DNA of 64,000 nt from Alphaproteobacteria bacterium (GTDB taxonomy: Bacteria; Pseudomonadota; Alphaproteobacteria; Rs-D84), in assembly GCA_017443235.1 (NCBI GenBank), contig JAFSOV010000018.1:11180-75179 (forward strand), written 5' to 3'. The notes under the pieces were generated by a model, which saw only the letters and a list, made by a program, of their open reading frames with translations, did not search any database and had not been told where the DNA came from. Both the position numbers and the translations under genes were made by a program. How positions within the stretch are numbered: the stretch's first letter is position 1; every line of letters starts with the position of its first letter. Of this stretch, positions 9,826-19,288 are shown piece after piece.

Positions 9826-12800
9826 TTAAATTCCAACCGCATGCGACAATTTCATCATAAAAATCGATTCGTTTCCATATTCATCGATATTATTTGGATT
9901 TATGCGGTAAATAAACCCAATTGCACCGTCTGTAAATGGCCCAAAGTTATGATGATACGATGCATTAAACCGCAATTCGCGCGACCGCGGCGACATATCT
10001 ATGTGCCGCACACCCATATTGGAAACCGCCAAATCATATTGACCATCGCCCGCATCAATTATGTCATAATCGGCATACGCATAACTTATATCACCATTTG
10101 TCGCCGCCAACGGCACAGACGCACCAAAACTGAAATTCCCAATATCGGTGGATACCGCAAACGCATTGGAATCAAAATCCGACATTTGAACCAACATTCC
10201 CGATTCGGTGTTTGGCGTTGTGTGTGCAAATGTTGCACGCGCGCGCAATTTCACCGTTTCCCACGGCACAAAGTATGCATCTATATCAACATAGTTTGTA
10301 TTTGACGCGCCAATCGCCATCAATCCCGAACCATACGATCCCATAACCGTATTATTTTCGTGCATCGCACCAAACGCAGTATTTATACCGAATCGGTTAT
10401 TGCCCCAGCCTAATTCAGATTGCGCACCCGAAATCGCACCCAAATGCATCGGTTCATAATTTGACGAAATTGTCGGGTCATTTGCCAACAATCCTTCGTC
10501 TGTTATCACACCCGAAAATGCCCGCGCACCAAACGCCCAATTACCGTAATTATAATGCGCATCACCCGTCACCGCATTAGACGCCAACGCCAAAATCGGA
10601 TTCGCCATACCGGTAAAGCGCGATTCTCCGTTTGTCAAATAACGTTGATAATCGGCGCCCAATTTCCAATTTTCATTCGCATATTCCAAACGCATAAAAT
10701 CCAAACCGCCCATATTATCATTATATGCACGTTCCGACCGCGCCAGGCCAAACGACATATTTCCAAAACGGACCGCATCGGGCCGCGCCGTGCGCACGCG
10801 TAAATCACCCAACACGTCACCCATATACAGACCGCGCCGACCAGCATCATTCCCAAACGCAATCGAATTCTTCCAAACGCGCGGCAACCACATAGACCCA
10901 TCAATACTTTCCAACATATCATACGCCGCAACATCAATGGCACCACGCCCAAGGTTTAACGCCGCCGAAGACCGGAACCCGGTATTTACCGCCGCACGCC
11001 AATATGCATTGCCCGATGTAGATGCAATACTGTTTCCATCATAGAAATACAAATTCGTTCCCGGTGTCGTCGCCCGTTCAAGATTTATCACACCATAACC
11101 AAACACTTCTTTGAACACATCCAAATAATCTTCGCCATTATCGATACGCCATTGATATGATTCAGGCATTATATACATATCTGTCAAATGTGTCACCAAA
11201 GTGGTTTCGTTTAATTGTGTTCCGGACGTCAAACGATTCAGAAACGGTCCATCCGCCGTCAATGCCAACAGCATAAATATCTGTTGTGGGGTCATATAGT
11301 AAAATGCCGAACGCAACACGCCCGCCGCGCCCGCCGCCGCGGCCACCGCCATTTCATCGGTGACACCCACGGCCGCAAAGCACCACGGATCAATACCATC
11401 GCCGCCCTTGCCTGCGACACCACATACACGCGATTTATAATATGTTGCATCCGTACCATCACCAACCGCCCATTGTGCCAATTGGTACTTATTGCTGTTG
11501 ACATCAGAATTTGGTGTTATAGATGTCACACCCGCAGTTGATGCACCAACCGCCACCACCGACATAAACAAATGTTCTAAATTACCATTGCCATAAACCA
11601 ACGGTGCCGCATTTTCAAACGTTGCATCCAACGGCGCATCAGACCAGTCCGAATCCGTCTTGAATCCACCCGTTGAAAAAATCGTCAACGGCGAATAACG
11701 CGCCCCCAGATTATTAAAGAACGATGTTGCATTTGTTGTTGTGGGGCTGGTTGTGTTGGCCGTCCCATACGATTCACCAATCAAATTCAAAAATTTTGCC
11801 TTGTAATTAGATGCCCCAGCTTCAAGAATATCGCTGATTGTGCCCGCACCGACTTCGTGCAAAGGTTCAATCACGTCCGCATTTGCAATCACGTCAACGG
11901 CCGAACGCCCGCCCGACAAATCACCCGCATACGACAACATTCCGGCATCAACCAACGCGGTATAATTGTAATAATCAATCGAATTTCCCGCCGAATCCAC
12001 ACCGCCACCCGTGCGATAAATTGTCATTTGCCCATTTGGCATAAATCCAACAAAATCCCCATTAGGGGCCGTTGCCATATTTCCGCCGACAATTTTTGCC
12101 AACAAATCATCCCACTCCGTTGCATCCGTGTTATGTATCGCTGTTCCCGCCCCAGATAAATCGAACGCGGCCTCTTCCGTCACCGTGTCATCCGAAACAC
12201 TTGATGTGTCTGAACCATACGTAATCGTGTTGTTGTAATATTTGCTGGAAATCATGGTATTACTTGCATTATTCAACGACGACGGCCCAGAATTAGTGGT
12301 CCAGATTAAAAATTTTTCCTGCAAAGACGTATCATCCGCGGCATTTATACCATTGGCGGTAATCAACGCGACATTGACCGGGCGACCACCTTCGACCGGA
12401 TCGCCCCCCAAATTGTACTGACTGGTTGAAAGCGGTGCATTTGTTTCCAAATTCCGCAACGTTCGCATTCCTAAATACCCACGCGCCAATGGCGAATACC
12501 CCCGCATCAACAGCAAATAATTTTGATTTTCGTTCATTAAAACAAAATTCTCGTAATTTGGGGTATTTTCAACTTGGGTCTCATCCGCACCCGTGATGTA
12601 TTGGTTGTAGAACACCCCAAATGCATCGGTATAGCCTGAACTTTCCATTGATGCATTTGGCATTGCCGGCCCATATGGCAATCCAGATGAAAACACCGCG
12701 GTTCCATCACTTGACGAAGAACCACCACTATTTGAACCGCCACCGGACGAAGAACCCCCGCCCGTATCATCGTTACCATTATCCGGGTCAAACACATCGG

Positions 12801-13206
12801 TCAATAAAAACAGCCCACCTACAACAACGGCGGCACCCGCCGCCGCCAATGTCAATCCTTGGGCGGTGGATAGTCCACCGAACAGTCCACCCGTTCGCTC
12901 AGGCGAATTTTTGGTTTTATAATCTTTAATCTGTTTATCACATTGTGATGCGTCTGCACCGTACATTTGTAATATCTGGGCCGCGCGCAAATCATTGTTC
13001 ATCATTGCGGTGCAAACCAAAGACAACCCGGTATTATCGACATAGTTCACATTTGCGCCATTGTTCACCAAAATTTGAACCTGCTGAATATCTGCATTCT
13101 TCGCCGCCGCCAACAATTGCGCCGCAACAACAAATTCACTTGGCGCCGCAAAAGACGCGAATGGGGCGAAAAACACCGCAAAAACAAATAATCTTATGAA
13201 TTTCAT
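9826..13206 (-). CDS. Large exported protein: ankyrin-like N-terminus, hydrophobic segment, degenerate S8-peptidase-like region, probable C-terminal beta-barrel
   Basis: Start MKFIRL (13206) after GAGAGG; GANVNYVD ankyrin-like motif; CGVA..WCFAA...AGAAGVL...MTPQQI..LL.TA...FGYGVINL pattern; aromatic beta-strand C-terminus. Confidence 0.7.
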   Translation of the reverse strand: MKFIRLFVFAVFFAPFASFAAPSEFVVAAQLLAAAKNADIQQVQILVNNGANVNYVDNTGLSLVCTAMMNNDLRAAQILQMYGADASQCDKQIKDYKTKNSPERTGGLFGGLSTAQGLTLAAAGAAVVVGGLFLLTDVFDPDNGNDDTGGGSSSGGGSNSGGSSSSDGTAVFSSGLPYGPAMPNASMESSGYTDAFGVFYNQYITGADETQVENTPNYENFVLMNENQNYLLLMRGYSPLARGYLGMRTLRNLETNAPLSTSQYNLGGDPVEGGRPVNVALITANGINAADDTSLQEKFLIWTTNSGPSSLNNASNTMISSKYYNNTITYGSDTSSVSDDTVTEEAAFDLSGAGTAIHNTDATEWDDLLAKIVGGNMATAPNGDFVGFMPNGQMTIYRTGGGVDSAGNSIDYYNYTALVDAGMLSYAGDLSGGRSAVDVIANADVIEPLHEVGAGTISDILEAGASNYKAKFLNLIGESYGTANTTSPTTTNATSFFNNLGARYSPLTIFSTGGFKTDSDWSDAPLDATFENAAPLVYGNGNLEHLFMSVVAVGASTAGVTSITPNSDVNSNKYQLAQWAVGDGTDATYYKSRVCGVAGKGGDGIDPWCFAAVGVTDEMAVAAAAGAAGVLRSAFYYMTPQQIFMLLALTADGPFLNRLTSGTQLNETTLVTHLTDMYIMPESYQWRIDNGEDYLDVFKEVFGYGVINLERATTPGTNLYFYDGNSIASTSGNAYWRAAVNTGFRSSAALNLGRGAIDVAAYDMLESIDGSMWLPRVWKNSIAFGNDAGRRGLYMGDVLGDLRVRTARPDAVRFGNMSFGLARSERAYNDNMGGLDFMRLEYANENWKLGADYQRYLTNGESRFTGMANPILALASNAVTGDAHYNYGNWAFGARAFSGVITDEGLLANDPTISSNYEPMHLGAISGAQSELGWGNNRFGINTAFGAMHENNTVMGSYGSGLMAIGASNTNYVDIDAYFVPWETVKLRARATFAHTTPNTESGMLVQMSDFDSNAFAVSTDIGNFSFGASVPLAATNGDISYAYADYDIIDAGDGQYDLAVSNMGVRHIDMSPRSRELRFNASYHHNFGPFTDGAIGFIYRINPNNIDEYGNESIFMMKLSHAVGI

Positions 13207-13306
13207 GCGTCCTCTCTCTGTATCTTGTGGCATTCTAACACATATTTGAATTCCGTGTCTAGCAAAAAATAAACGGGATGAAAAATCATCCCGAATATTT
13301 TTTTTA

Positions 13307-13624
13307 TTATTTTGAGCGGTGGCGCAATTTATCAACAACCGGTTGCGGAATTATGCGTATACTGTCCGCCGGAATTTCAATCCAATCAAGTTCATTACCC
13401 ATATAAACCGGCGGATATTTTGGTTTCTTGCCCATATTCAATTTTTTTGCTTGTTCTGGGCGAACCAATGTCCACGGCTTTCTCATATCTTGCACATACG
13501 TACTATCGTTTTTTGCATTTGGTTTTTTTGGTTCTTGGGCATTTGCATTTTTCGCACCCACCATCAACACAAAAAACAGCATTGTCCCAGATATGCGTAC
13601 AAATAAACGATTTTGGCTTTGCAT
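13307..13624 (-). CDS. Hypothetical exported protein
   Basis: Signal-like N-terminus ending ANA; start moved to MQSQN. Confidence 0.55.
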   Translation of the reverse strand: MQSQNRLFVRISGTMLFFVLMVGAKNANAQEPKKPNAKNDSTYVQDMRKPWTLVRPEQAKKLNMGKKPKYPPVYMGNELDWIEIPADSIRIIPQPVVDKLRHRSK

Positions 13625-13638
13625 AACCCGCCCCTTTT

Positions 13639-14184
13639 TTAACGGCAATTGCCATTCAAGATTTGAACCGCGGCACGTGTGACATCGTTCGCATTACCAC
13701 TGATTATAACACGTGTGCGTGTTGTTGTCGTTGTGGTTGTGCATGTTTGTTCTTGCGGTTGCGGTTCCGGTTTTACAATCGGTTCAACATCCGGTTCAAT
13801 AACCGGCGCAGGCTTCACAATCGGTTTCACCGGTTTTGGTTTCGGCTTTACCACACCACGATTTTGATTTTGTGTGCCACTGCTGCGATTTGCGGCGTTA
13901 TTACCGTTACCTTTGATAAGTGTCGCATCATTATTATCACCTTTGATAATAATCGCATCACCATCAACCTTGATGGCCGGATCATCTTTGACGACCCAAA
14001 CGGTATCTTTTTTCGGTTCATTACAATCACGGCATCCCGCGGCTTTGGTGCAACCACGGCCGCACAGGCACATTATAATCGAACTGCCCAACATACCGCC
14101 GGCCAAAATCCACGGCCACAAAGCACTATTTTTAGACGAATTATTATTTTCGCGTTCCAAATTTTCATTTCTTTCTTCTGGCAT
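13639..14184 (-). CDS. Hypothetical membrane-anchored Pro/Lys-rich protein
   Basis: GGAGG RBS; one hydrophobic helix; IKGDN repeats; PKPKP linker. Confidence 0.7.
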   Translation of the reverse strand: MPEERNENLERENNNSSKNSALWPWILAGGMLGSSIIMCLCGRGCTKAAGCRDCNEPKKDTVWVVKDDPAIKVDGDAIIIKGDNNDATLIKGNGNNAANRSSGTQNQNRGVVKPKPKPVKPIVKPAPVIEPDVEPIVKPEPQPQEQTCTTTTTTTRTRVIISGNANDVTRAAVQILNGNCR

Positions 14185-14317
14185 TCTTGCCTCCTTTGTT
14201 TTGTTCTTCTGGTGTTATTATAGACAAAATTTTTACATTGTCAATGGCAAATGTAAAAAAATATATTTTGCAACAAATATGTTTTTTTGATATAATAACA
14301 CCCATAGACCAGAGAGA

Positions 14318-15178
14318 ATGAAGTTATCAAACCTGATTTTTACCGGTTTTTTGGGCTGTATGGTTGCGTTTGGCGCAAATGCGGCGGCGAAAAAGTGTTC
14401 ACGGGTCAACCTGACACGGTGCCTGGATTCTGCGTGTGCGATAAATATCGGTGTAAATCCGGCCGCCCGGTGTCAATATTGCGGAACCGCGTCTGCGGGC
14501 GCCCCGGTGACCAAGGGCCTGTCGAACGTCACCGCCGGTCAATCCACCAAATATGCACTGACCGCCAAAGAATTGGGCGTTGCGCCGTCTGACCCCGGCC
14601 GGCGTTATATGTGGGCCACAACCGAATGCATTAAAAAATTACCCGATTGCACAACGGACGACGTATCTGCGGTGTACGACAAACTAATAGAACAATCGTG
14701 CAAATCCGCCGGCGTCAGCATTCAAATCGCAAACACCATTGAAAACATAAGCGCGAAACCAACAAAGACAAAATGTACCGAAACATTGAACACCTGCATA
14801 AACAAAAAGTGCGGTACGGGATTTGACGCATGCACCACAGATGCCGACTTTGACCGGTTTATCGCCGAATGCGCAACCGATGCAACCGGTTGTGACGAAT
14901 ATATTGCAGATTTCCGGAAAACGGTCACCGCCGACCGCCAAAAGGTTTATGCAAACCGTGAAAACGCCGTTCAATCGTTGATAGAAAACTATCAAACGGT
15001 ACGCGAAAACAAATTGACAAATGCCCGCAACGCATGCAACAACAAAACCGCATCTGCGTCATGCGTGAACACGGTTTGTACAACCAATATGCCGGGCAAA
15101 TGCGAAGGCGATACCGAAAAAGCAATGGCAACCCAGTTGTGCAAGTTCTATGACACGGCGTGTACAGTATTAAAGTAG
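14318..15178 (+). CDS. Cys-rich exported protein
   Basis: Signal peptide ending ANA; many CxxxC motifs. Confidence 0.8.
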   Translation: MKLSNLIFTGFLGCMVAFGANAAAKKCSRVNLTRCLDSACAINIGVNPAARCQYCGTASAGAPVTKGLSNVTAGQSTKYALTAKELGVAPSDPGRRYMWATTECIKKLPDCTTDDVSAVYDKLIEQSCKSAGVSIQIANTIENISAKPTKTKCTETLNTCINKKCGTGFDACTTDADFDRFIAECATDATGCDEYIADFRKTVTADRQKVYANRENAVQSLIENYQTVRENKLTNARNACNNKTASASCVNTVCTTNMPGKCEGDTEKAMATQLCKFYDTACTVLK

Positions 15179-15182
15179 GAAA

Positions 15183-17183
15183 ATGAAGAAAACGTTTGAA
15201 AATCTTTATATGCGTTCAATTATCGCGTTTGCGATGGTGATTGTCGGCGCGAATTTTGCAGACGCGGCGGTCACATCGCGCCCAACGGCGGCGAATGCCG
15301 CGGCGGCCGTGCGCGCACAAAACCGGACCACCGCACGCGTGCCAACAACAAACGTTTCTTCGTCCGTTGCAACAACACCGGAAATTGAACCGGAACCCGA
15401 ACCGGTCATTGAACCCGACCCCGAACCCGAGGTTCCAATTATTGTCGATAATAAAACGTCTATGTTTGAAGATGTTATGAGCGATTTGGGCGCATTAGAA
15501 TCAGATATGTCAAACGATGAACGTGCCGCGGCAATTCGCCGTCAACGCGCATTGCTGGATACACCGTCCCAGGAATCGACCGCGGGCGTAAATATGGGGC
15601 GCGCGGGCGCATGTGACACAAACCTGCGGAAATGTATGATGGAAAAATGCGGGAACGATTTTACCAATTGTGCAAATGATTCAACCACAATTTGGGGCCA
15701 AAAAATTGAATTATGCCGTGCAAAAACCGAATGCACCGCACACGATTATGCGCTGATTGCGCCGGAAATATTGGCGGATCGCGATATGAACGTCCGGATG
15801 CAGCACTATAATTCCGTAATAAATTGCGGGAACCGGTATAACAATTGCATATTCACGCAATGCGGAACGACATTAAATAAATGCCTGGCCAAGAAAGATG
15901 GTGACAACGCGATTTCCAAATGTGCATCCATCGCAAACGAATGCAAATCAATGGATAACGGGTTGGCATCGCGCGTGATGGGCGTATTTGGCGATTTACG
16001 CAAAATTGCCACGGCCCAGGTTCAAAAGGACGAAGCGCGCCTGTATGAACTGCGTGATTTGATGCGCAACCAATGCAATCGATTTGGCGCAATGTTTGAC
16101 GAAAGAACATTGGATTGCGTATATACGGTGAATTTCTTTGCGGGCGAAGACCGGACATTGATGGCATCGAAAAAACTTTATTCCGGCGACACATTCCAAT
16201 GCAACGCAAATTGGTTTGGTATTGATATCACAACATACATTGAAAATGCACAGCGCCTGACCCGGTCACAAAAATCTGCATCGGCGGCGGCATTTGGCGC
16301 GGGCGCGGGCACCGCCGCGGGATTGGCATCATCCGACGCAATTGGCCGCGCATTAAAAACACAACGTGCCGAAAAAGCGGTCGATGCCGCCCAAAACGAA
16401 AAGCAATGTTCAACCGCCGGTGGCACATGGTCCGGCAAAAAATGCACAGACGCCAACGGCAACGAAATGAAATTTGACAAAGACGGCAAAGTCGTTGATA
16501 ATAACCAAACCAGTCAACAGGGGGGGGTACAACCGACCCCGGCGCAAACCAATCCGGAACAGACGACACCAACGGAAACACCGGAACAAACCAATGACGG
16601 AAGCGAACAACAAGACGTGATTGTACCAATCGCAAACACATCATCACAGGGATTATTGGCCAACGACGACCCGTATCTACAAAAAATAAATCAAGCCAGC
16701 CATGGTGGGCTCAGTTATTCCGGTGCAGGCAATAAAACCGGCAACAATAAAGACAATCTGCCACCGGTGAACGAAAAATATACCAAACGTTATTATTGCC
16801 CAATTTATCCAAAAAAATGCCCAAAAGGCACTCCAATTTATGTTAATTATGGTGGATGGAGAGTTTATTTCGGCACCGAAGGAACAACAGATCTGCACGG
16901 AGTTTCTGTATGCAGTCTAATGAGTGACACCGAAGATCACCTGCGACAGCTATGGACAGCAAGTCGCGCGTCCGACTACAAACCCACACTGGGAACCCAA
17001 TGTTTTTGCAAATTGGTATTATCATCCGGCAAAACGTCCGAATGGGTTCTTGCCACAGACCCCGCTAAGACTGATTTCAAATTTGACACAGCTGCCAAAT
17101 GCGCTGAAGACTGTCCCCGGATATGTACAGTCATAATCAACGAGAAGGATTATCGTAAAAAAATGTATGACACCTTGCACTAA
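15183..17183 (+). CDS. Cys-rich exported protein with Gly/Ala-rich hydrophobic segment
   Basis: Signal peptide ending ADA; PEPEP linker; CxxxC motifs; AAAFGAGAGTAAGL; separate Cys-rich C-terminal domain. Confidence 0.8.
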   Translation: MKKTFENLYMRSIIAFAMVIVGANFADAAVTSRPTAANAAAAVRAQNRTTARVPTTNVSSSVATTPEIEPEPEPVIEPDPEPEVPIIVDNKTSMFEDVMSDLGALESDMSNDERAAAIRRQRALLDTPSQESTAGVNMGRAGACDTNLRKCMMEKCGNDFTNCANDSTTIWGQKIELCRAKTECTAHDYALIAPEILADRDMNVRMQHYNSVINCGNRYNNCIFTQCGTTLNKCLAKKDGDNAISKCASIANECKSMDNGLASRVMGVFGDLRKIATAQVQKDEARLYELRDLMRNQCNRFGAMFDERTLDCVYTVNFFAGEDRTLMASKKLYSGDTFQCNANWFGIDITTYIENAQRLTRSQKSASAAAFGAGAGTAAGLASSDAIGRALKTQRAEKAVDAAQNEKQCSTAGGTWSGKKCTDANGNEMKFDKDGKVVDNNQTSQQGGVQPTPAQTNPEQTTPTETPEQTNDGSEQQDVIVPIANTSSQGLLANDDPYLQKINQASHGGLSYSGAGNKTGNNKDNLPPVNEKYTKRYYCPIYPKKCPKGTPIYVNYGGWRVYFGTEGTTDLHGVSVCSLMSDTEDHLRQLWTASRASDYKPTLGTQCFCKLVLSSGKTSEWVLATDPAKTDFKFDTAAKCAEDCPRICTVIINEKDYRKKMYDTLH

Positions 17184-17262
17184 CCACTAAATCCCATTTG
17201 ACAACGCAAAATAAAATCCTATAATTCGCCCCCGGTGAAATAAAAAACACAGGGGTTTTATT

Positions 17263-18135
17263 ATGCATTTTTATGCTCATTTTGCACGTGCGGATTACAA
17301 TCAACGGACCGGAAACTATATTCCGGCATGGCAAAAAATTGCGCCTGCATGCCGCGGAATAAAAATTTCAGATGCCGAATGTAATATGACAAACTTTGGA
17401 CAATATTCGCCGGCGTACCCAACAACAAATGAAGATTGGCGATTCGCAATGCGTGAATTACAGCCCGCGGGAAAATCTGTTTTAACCGTCACCGCCAGTG
17501 GCGATCAACCAATCGCATTTGCAATTTCCGGCGCGCGCGATATTGATACTTTTGACACCACATATTTTGCCAAGGTTATTATGGATATGAAAACATCCGC
17601 AATTCAAACAATGGACCGTAATCAATATTATTCTTTTGTGGGCGATTTAGATAAAATAAAATTTATATGCGACATCAATGGATACGACAAAATTAAAACC
17701 ATCTGTCCAAAATCCAGCATGCTGGCCGCCAAACAAATGCGTGGATGCCACATCTTTGGTCAAGGTTATAATTTGTATCCGGAATATATGCCGAACGATG
17801 CCGAATACGATACCGCAAAAAAAATTGTGACGGGACCAATGAATTTTATCTGGTCTGATATTGACGAATTGCATAACCAATTAAACAAAGAATACGATAT
17901 TATTTATCTGTCCAATATATTTGAATACTTTCACAGTCAAAAGAAAATTACAAACGTGTTGAACAACCTTAAACCATTTGTCAAGAACGGCGGTGAAATT
18001 ATGCTTTATATATCATGGGTTCAAACGCATATGTCTGAATCAATTGATGCGGCGGCACGTGATTGTGGTTGGGGAATGACAAAATCACACAACAAACAAA
18101 ACGCATTTATGTTGACCATGCAACGCACACGTTAA
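17263..18135 (+). CDS. SAM-dependent methyltransferase-like protein (DUF3419/BtaA-like)
   Basis: KSVLTVTASGDQ motif I-like; YDIIYLSNIFEY; LKPFVKNGG. Confidence 0.6.
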   Translation: MHFYAHFARADYNQRTGNYIPAWQKIAPACRGIKISDAECNMTNFGQYSPAYPTTNEDWRFAMRELQPAGKSVLTVTASGDQPIAFAISGARDIDTFDTTYFAKVIMDMKTSAIQTMDRNQYYSFVGDLDKIKFICDINGYDKIKTICPKSSMLAAKQMRGCHIFGQGYNLYPEYMPNDAEYDTAKKIVTGPMNFIWSDIDELHNQLNKEYDIIYLSNIFEYFHSQKKITNVLNNLKPFVKNGGEIMLYISWVQTHMSESIDAAARDCGWGMTKSHNKQNAFMLTMQRTR

Positions 18136-19148
18136 GCGTTTTGAATCATCTTTAACAATTCGTCACGGTCGGTCACAATTTCTATGCCATCCGCACGCCA
18201 TTTTTGGGACAATTCATCAAAGTCCATAATATTGTGTTCGCCCAAATATAAAACCGGATGCATTTCACCATTTGCTGCGCACGCATTGTTTAACGCCACA
18301 ATTGGCGAAGGCTTCTGCTTTCCCGCCGCAAACCAATCCGCATCATCGGCAACCCAAAAATCGTCATCGTCGTGAACCGCAATTATAAAATTGTCAACGG
18401 CGATTAAATCATTATCTGTGTGGGTGGCATTATGCCCCGCCCCAATCAAAAATTCGCACAAATCATCGACCGGCGATTTACCATCCGAATCGGCATCGTC
18501 TGCTTCATCAAAATTCACATCTGAAAAAACCGGAACACCATAATCCGTATCATCCAACGGCGCGACATCAAAATCGGTCGGCACCGGGAACGCCCCGCCC
18601 GACACATCACCACCCGACACATCGCCGACCGCGACTTCACCGCCCGCAACCACCGGGCTGGGTGTCGGCGCCGCATTTGGAATATCCACCGCACGCATTG
18701 CCATCGGTTTATTAAATACAGACATTTGCCGCGAACCATAATTTTTTTTGGCCCGCATAAAACTTTCGCGCATCTCGGGCGGAACACCGGGACGCAATTC
18801 CGGCAAAGTTTCTTGTTCGGTCACAATTGGTTGACGCGGGGTGTCTTCCACTTTCGGTGGCACGGGCGCAAGGCAATTCGGCAATGGAATTTTAATTGGC
18901 GCCGATTTATTTCGCATCGTCAAAACCGTGGTTGCAACATACAGTGGCACCGCCGCCAGAATTAAAATACCAAACACCAATCCCGGGAATCCGTGCAATT
19001 CAACCGCCCGCAACCGCACCCAATGCGCAACCGAAAAAATATTAAAGTTAAATAAACCGTACAAAATCACCCACATTAAAAACACATAGAAAACCGTCCA
19101 CGCAACCGCGCGCCCCAACCCATTACAAGAATCGAACAACTGTTTCAT
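18132..19148 (-). CDS. Hypothetical inner-membrane protein
   Basis: Two N-terminal TM helices, Pro-rich and acidic linker, globular C-terminus. Confidence 0.7.
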   Translation of the reverse strand: MKQLFDSCNGLGRAVAWTVFYVFLMWVILYGLFNFNIFSVAHWVRLRAVELHGFPGLVFGILILAAVPLYVATTVLTMRNKSAPIKIPLPNCLAPVPPKVEDTPRQPIVTEQETLPELRPGVPPEMRESFMRAKKNYGSRQMSVFNKPMAMRAVDIPNAAPTPSPVVAGGEVAVGDVSGGDVSGGAFPVPTDFDVAPLDDTDYGVPVFSDVNFDEADDADSDGKSPVDDLCEFLIGAGHNATHTDNDLIAVDNFIIAVHDDDDFWVADDADWFAAGKQKPSPIVALNNACAANGEMHPVLYLGEHNIMDFDELSQKWRADGIEIVTDRDELLKMIQNA

Positions 19149-19288
19149 CTTGTTTTAATTATAGACACATTTTACAATCTGTCAACCAAACAACTATTTT
19201 ATTCGGCAAATACAGAAAAAAATTAAAAAAAACTTTTTTCTGGGCCTTTTATATGATATAATGCAAAAGATAAAAAGGAGGGTTTTTC

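Noticed and set aside
16821-16848. Additional dif-like site (TTATGTTAATT)
   Set aside because: Only a XerD-like half-site; no XerC-like arm at 6-bp spacing and no partner repeat.
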